Assembly (NCBI GenBank): GCA_030390025.1
Contig: CM059432.1
Location: forward strand, 50,594,001 to 50,658,000
DNA length: 64,000 nt
Reading direction: 5' to 3'
Source: Squalus acanthias
Taxonomy: Eukaryota
Position numbers and translations under genes: made by a program. Shown one piece after another: positions 61,591 through 64,000 of the stretch; within the stretch, counting starts at the first letter, position 1; the number at the start of each line of letters is the position of its first letter. Under the pieces are notes generated by a model that saw only the letters and a program-made list of their open reading frames with translations, had not been told where the DNA came from and searched no databases.

Positions 61591-63569
61591 TCTAATACAT
61601 GAGCCTCTTTAAATTAACAGTATTAACAGTAAACAGTTTCTGCCTTGAGCTTACAACTCTACATTTACCCATTTTGTGTGCGTACACTTTTCATACATCA
61701 CTGCTGAATGAAGGTGTAGTACAATTTGCATACAGTGTACAGTAAATAATATACCCAAGTTAGCTAGTAAATGGAAAATATTATCATATGTGACAGCAGA
61801 CTCACTTGCAATTGGAATGCTTGCTAATCATTAGGCGTGCTATCCTTTAGTGGGGCATGTTCTGTACTTTCGTGCACACGCCCTTTATAAATGCGCACCA
61901 CAGATCCATTAAGAATAATCATTGCTAAATTAACTCCAGTGCCTCCTCAAGTCTGTACTCTTGCAAAAAATAGGCGAGTTAAAAAAAAAGTAGTTTGAGT
62001 GTATGAAGTATTTATATTCCACTTTTACTTCCCATACAGATCCTGGTGTGCCACACACCACTTGGAATCGTAAGGGCAGACCGGAGACCAGCTCCTAAGC
62101 CCTTGACAACGCAACTTTCAAGTCTACAACTAGGAGTACAAAACAGCGACCCTACAATAACTTGGTCTGAATTTTCTCCCACAGTAGAGTGAACATAATT
62201 ACGAAATCACATCGCACCACTATGCCACTATATAGCTTTCCTTTTTATTGTCTCTAGCATTCTCCCCCAACCCCCCCAATTTTGGATTATGGTCCAATTT
62301 TTATTACTCTAATTAATTTTTGTAGCTGTTTAATTATCTCCTCATTCTCCTTTTCATGACGCTGCATTTATTGTTTATTTTTTTGTATTACAGATATATT
62401 ATTTTATATATGTATCTGTAGCTATTTTCATTATTTAGCCTTTAATGTACATCTGATACATCCCAAGTTTGCTCAGATCAATTTAATCTTAGGCTGTAGT
62501 TCTTGATATTCCAGTCCTGTGGATGTGTCTAATTCATCTTATTTGCTGTGGTTTTCAGGCAATTTTGTTGTTCTTGGTTCAATATCCCTGGATTATGTTA
62601 TAAACTTGGTGTTTGCATCCCTTTTGCTTAGTTTACTGCTGCTAAACGCAACTACTTATTTCTTTCTGATGTATTGGTTTTGCCAGTGGGTGCATGTTTG
62701 TTGTGTGTGGGATTGGTTGGGTTTGAGATGAAGGGAGAAACAGTGCAAGTTAACAGCTCTTATTCTTGCTATCATGTCTATAGGAAATAGTACATACATG
62801 TCTGGGGATGATGAAGGTCCTTACCTTCTCCTCCACACTGTCTGTGAAGTTAATATAGGTGTTCACCTTCCTTGATATGGTTTTAGTTTCTCTTATCGTT
62901 GAGGTATGTTGTAGGTTCGATATAGGTCACTATCTGGCGCACTCATCCTTTATGCAACCTCGCTGGGATGTGCTGTGCATCCCTACATTTTGTCTATGCT
63001 GCCCAGATGTTCATCGGGACTTTCATCATCCCTTGGGCCTTGATAGCTCATTCTTTGGGGAAGGGATAGCTGTGTTTCTAATTGTCGCTTGTGCTATACT
63101 GTATTTCTGGGAAGAGGGTAGCTGTGCTCAATTCTATGTTGTTCTTGGGGCTGTTATCAATTTCTTACCAGTTTTGCTTTTGGTGCTGGCGGGGGGAATG
63201 TGAGAGAGTAGCCTTGTAGACTTTTTGCCTCAGTACTGTGTTCGATTTGGGAGTGAGAGATAGGCATTATATTTTGATGGTAGTATCTGTTGTGTTGCTA
63301 TCTCTTTCATCCTTGATGCTATAGGAGCTGTGCTTCTACCTCACTTGTTACTTGTGCTGATTTGAAGATGATTTCCTATCCCTTGCTCCTGATGCTGTAT
63401 TATTATTTATATTGCTCCTGCTTCTCTTGCCCTTCGTGCAATGATATATTCCTAGGGATGGGATAGTTGTGCTTTCCTTGATGTGGTGCATACTTGTAGG
63501 TGAGGGGTAGTTGTGTACCTGCCTCTGGTGTAGTGGATACTCGGAGGGGTAGTTGTGTTCCTGCCCTGG

Positions 63570-64000
63570 TGCTGTCTGTGGCCGGTCCACTCGTGCTGTC
63601 TGTGGCCGGTATACTGACGCTGTATGTGGCCGGTCCACTCGTGCTGTCCGTGGCCGGTCCACTCGTGCTGTCCGTGGCCGGTACACTGACGCTGTCCGTG
63701 GCCGGTACACTGACGCTGTCCGTGGCCGGTACACTGACGCTGTCCGTGGCCGGTACACTGACGCTGTCCGTGGCCGGTACACTGACGCTGTCCGTGGCCG
63801 GTACACTGACGCTGTCCGTGGCCGGTACACTGACGCTGTCCGTGGCCGGTACACTGACGCTGTCCGTGGCCGGTACACTGACGCTGTCCGTGGCCGGTAC
63901 ACTGACGCTGTCCGTGGCCGGTACACTGACGCTGTCCGTGGCCGGTACACTGACGCTGTCCGTGGCCGGTACACTGACGCTGTCTGTGGCCGGTATACTG
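63570..64000. repeat. 24-bp GC-rich minisatellite, at least 18 units, runs off the window
   Basis: Unit GCTGTCCGTGGCCGGTACACTGAC. Left-edge variants GCTGTCYGTGGCCGGTCCACTCGT. Confidence 0.97.

Noticed and set aside
63348..63974. 208-aa ORF with YRPRTASV repeats as a protein gene
   Set aside because: Open only because a 24-bp unit lacks stops in that frame; no splice or domain evidence.
63570..64000. CRISPR array
   Set aside because: Contiguous repeats with no unique spacers, no cas genes, vertebrate context.
47358..64000. CHMP4C exon 1
   Set aside because: No minus-strand segment encoding the expected N-terminal PQEA...KKQE...NKR was found by eye or in the ORF track; a missed exon cannot be fully excluded.

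Overview
Eukaryotic, repeat-rich genomic DNA, most likely from a shark or ray: it has an HE1/V-SINE-like element, many CR1 LINE copies and vertebrate intron-exon structure. Two host genes converge tail-to-tail. The last two coding exons of SNX16 lie on + (215-331, 2657-2762). Coding exons 2-5 of CHMP4C (ESCRT-III/Snf7 family) lie on - (47357 down to 39716); exon 1 was not found and probably lies beyond 64000. Most of the rest is transposon debris: CR1 LINEs (one with a full-length but broken ORF2 at ~49.2-52.55 kb), L2 and RTE fragments, SINEs, hAT-type MITEs with 8-bp target-site duplications (TSDs), and about ten PIF/Harbinger-type elements with GGGCTGGATTTT- or GGGCYAGAAATT-like terminal inverted repeats (TIRs) and 3-bp TSDs, three still carrying Myb-like and/or transposase remnants. 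Three structures stand out: a near-perfect 8,172-bp tandem duplication (~14502-30845), a ~250-bp fold-back Penelope-like insertion with minimal hammerhead ribozyme motifs on both arms (5229-5521), and a 24-bp GC-rich minisatellite at the right end. I see no clear evidence of a wholly new biological system. All family calls come from by-eye motif recognition, not database searches.
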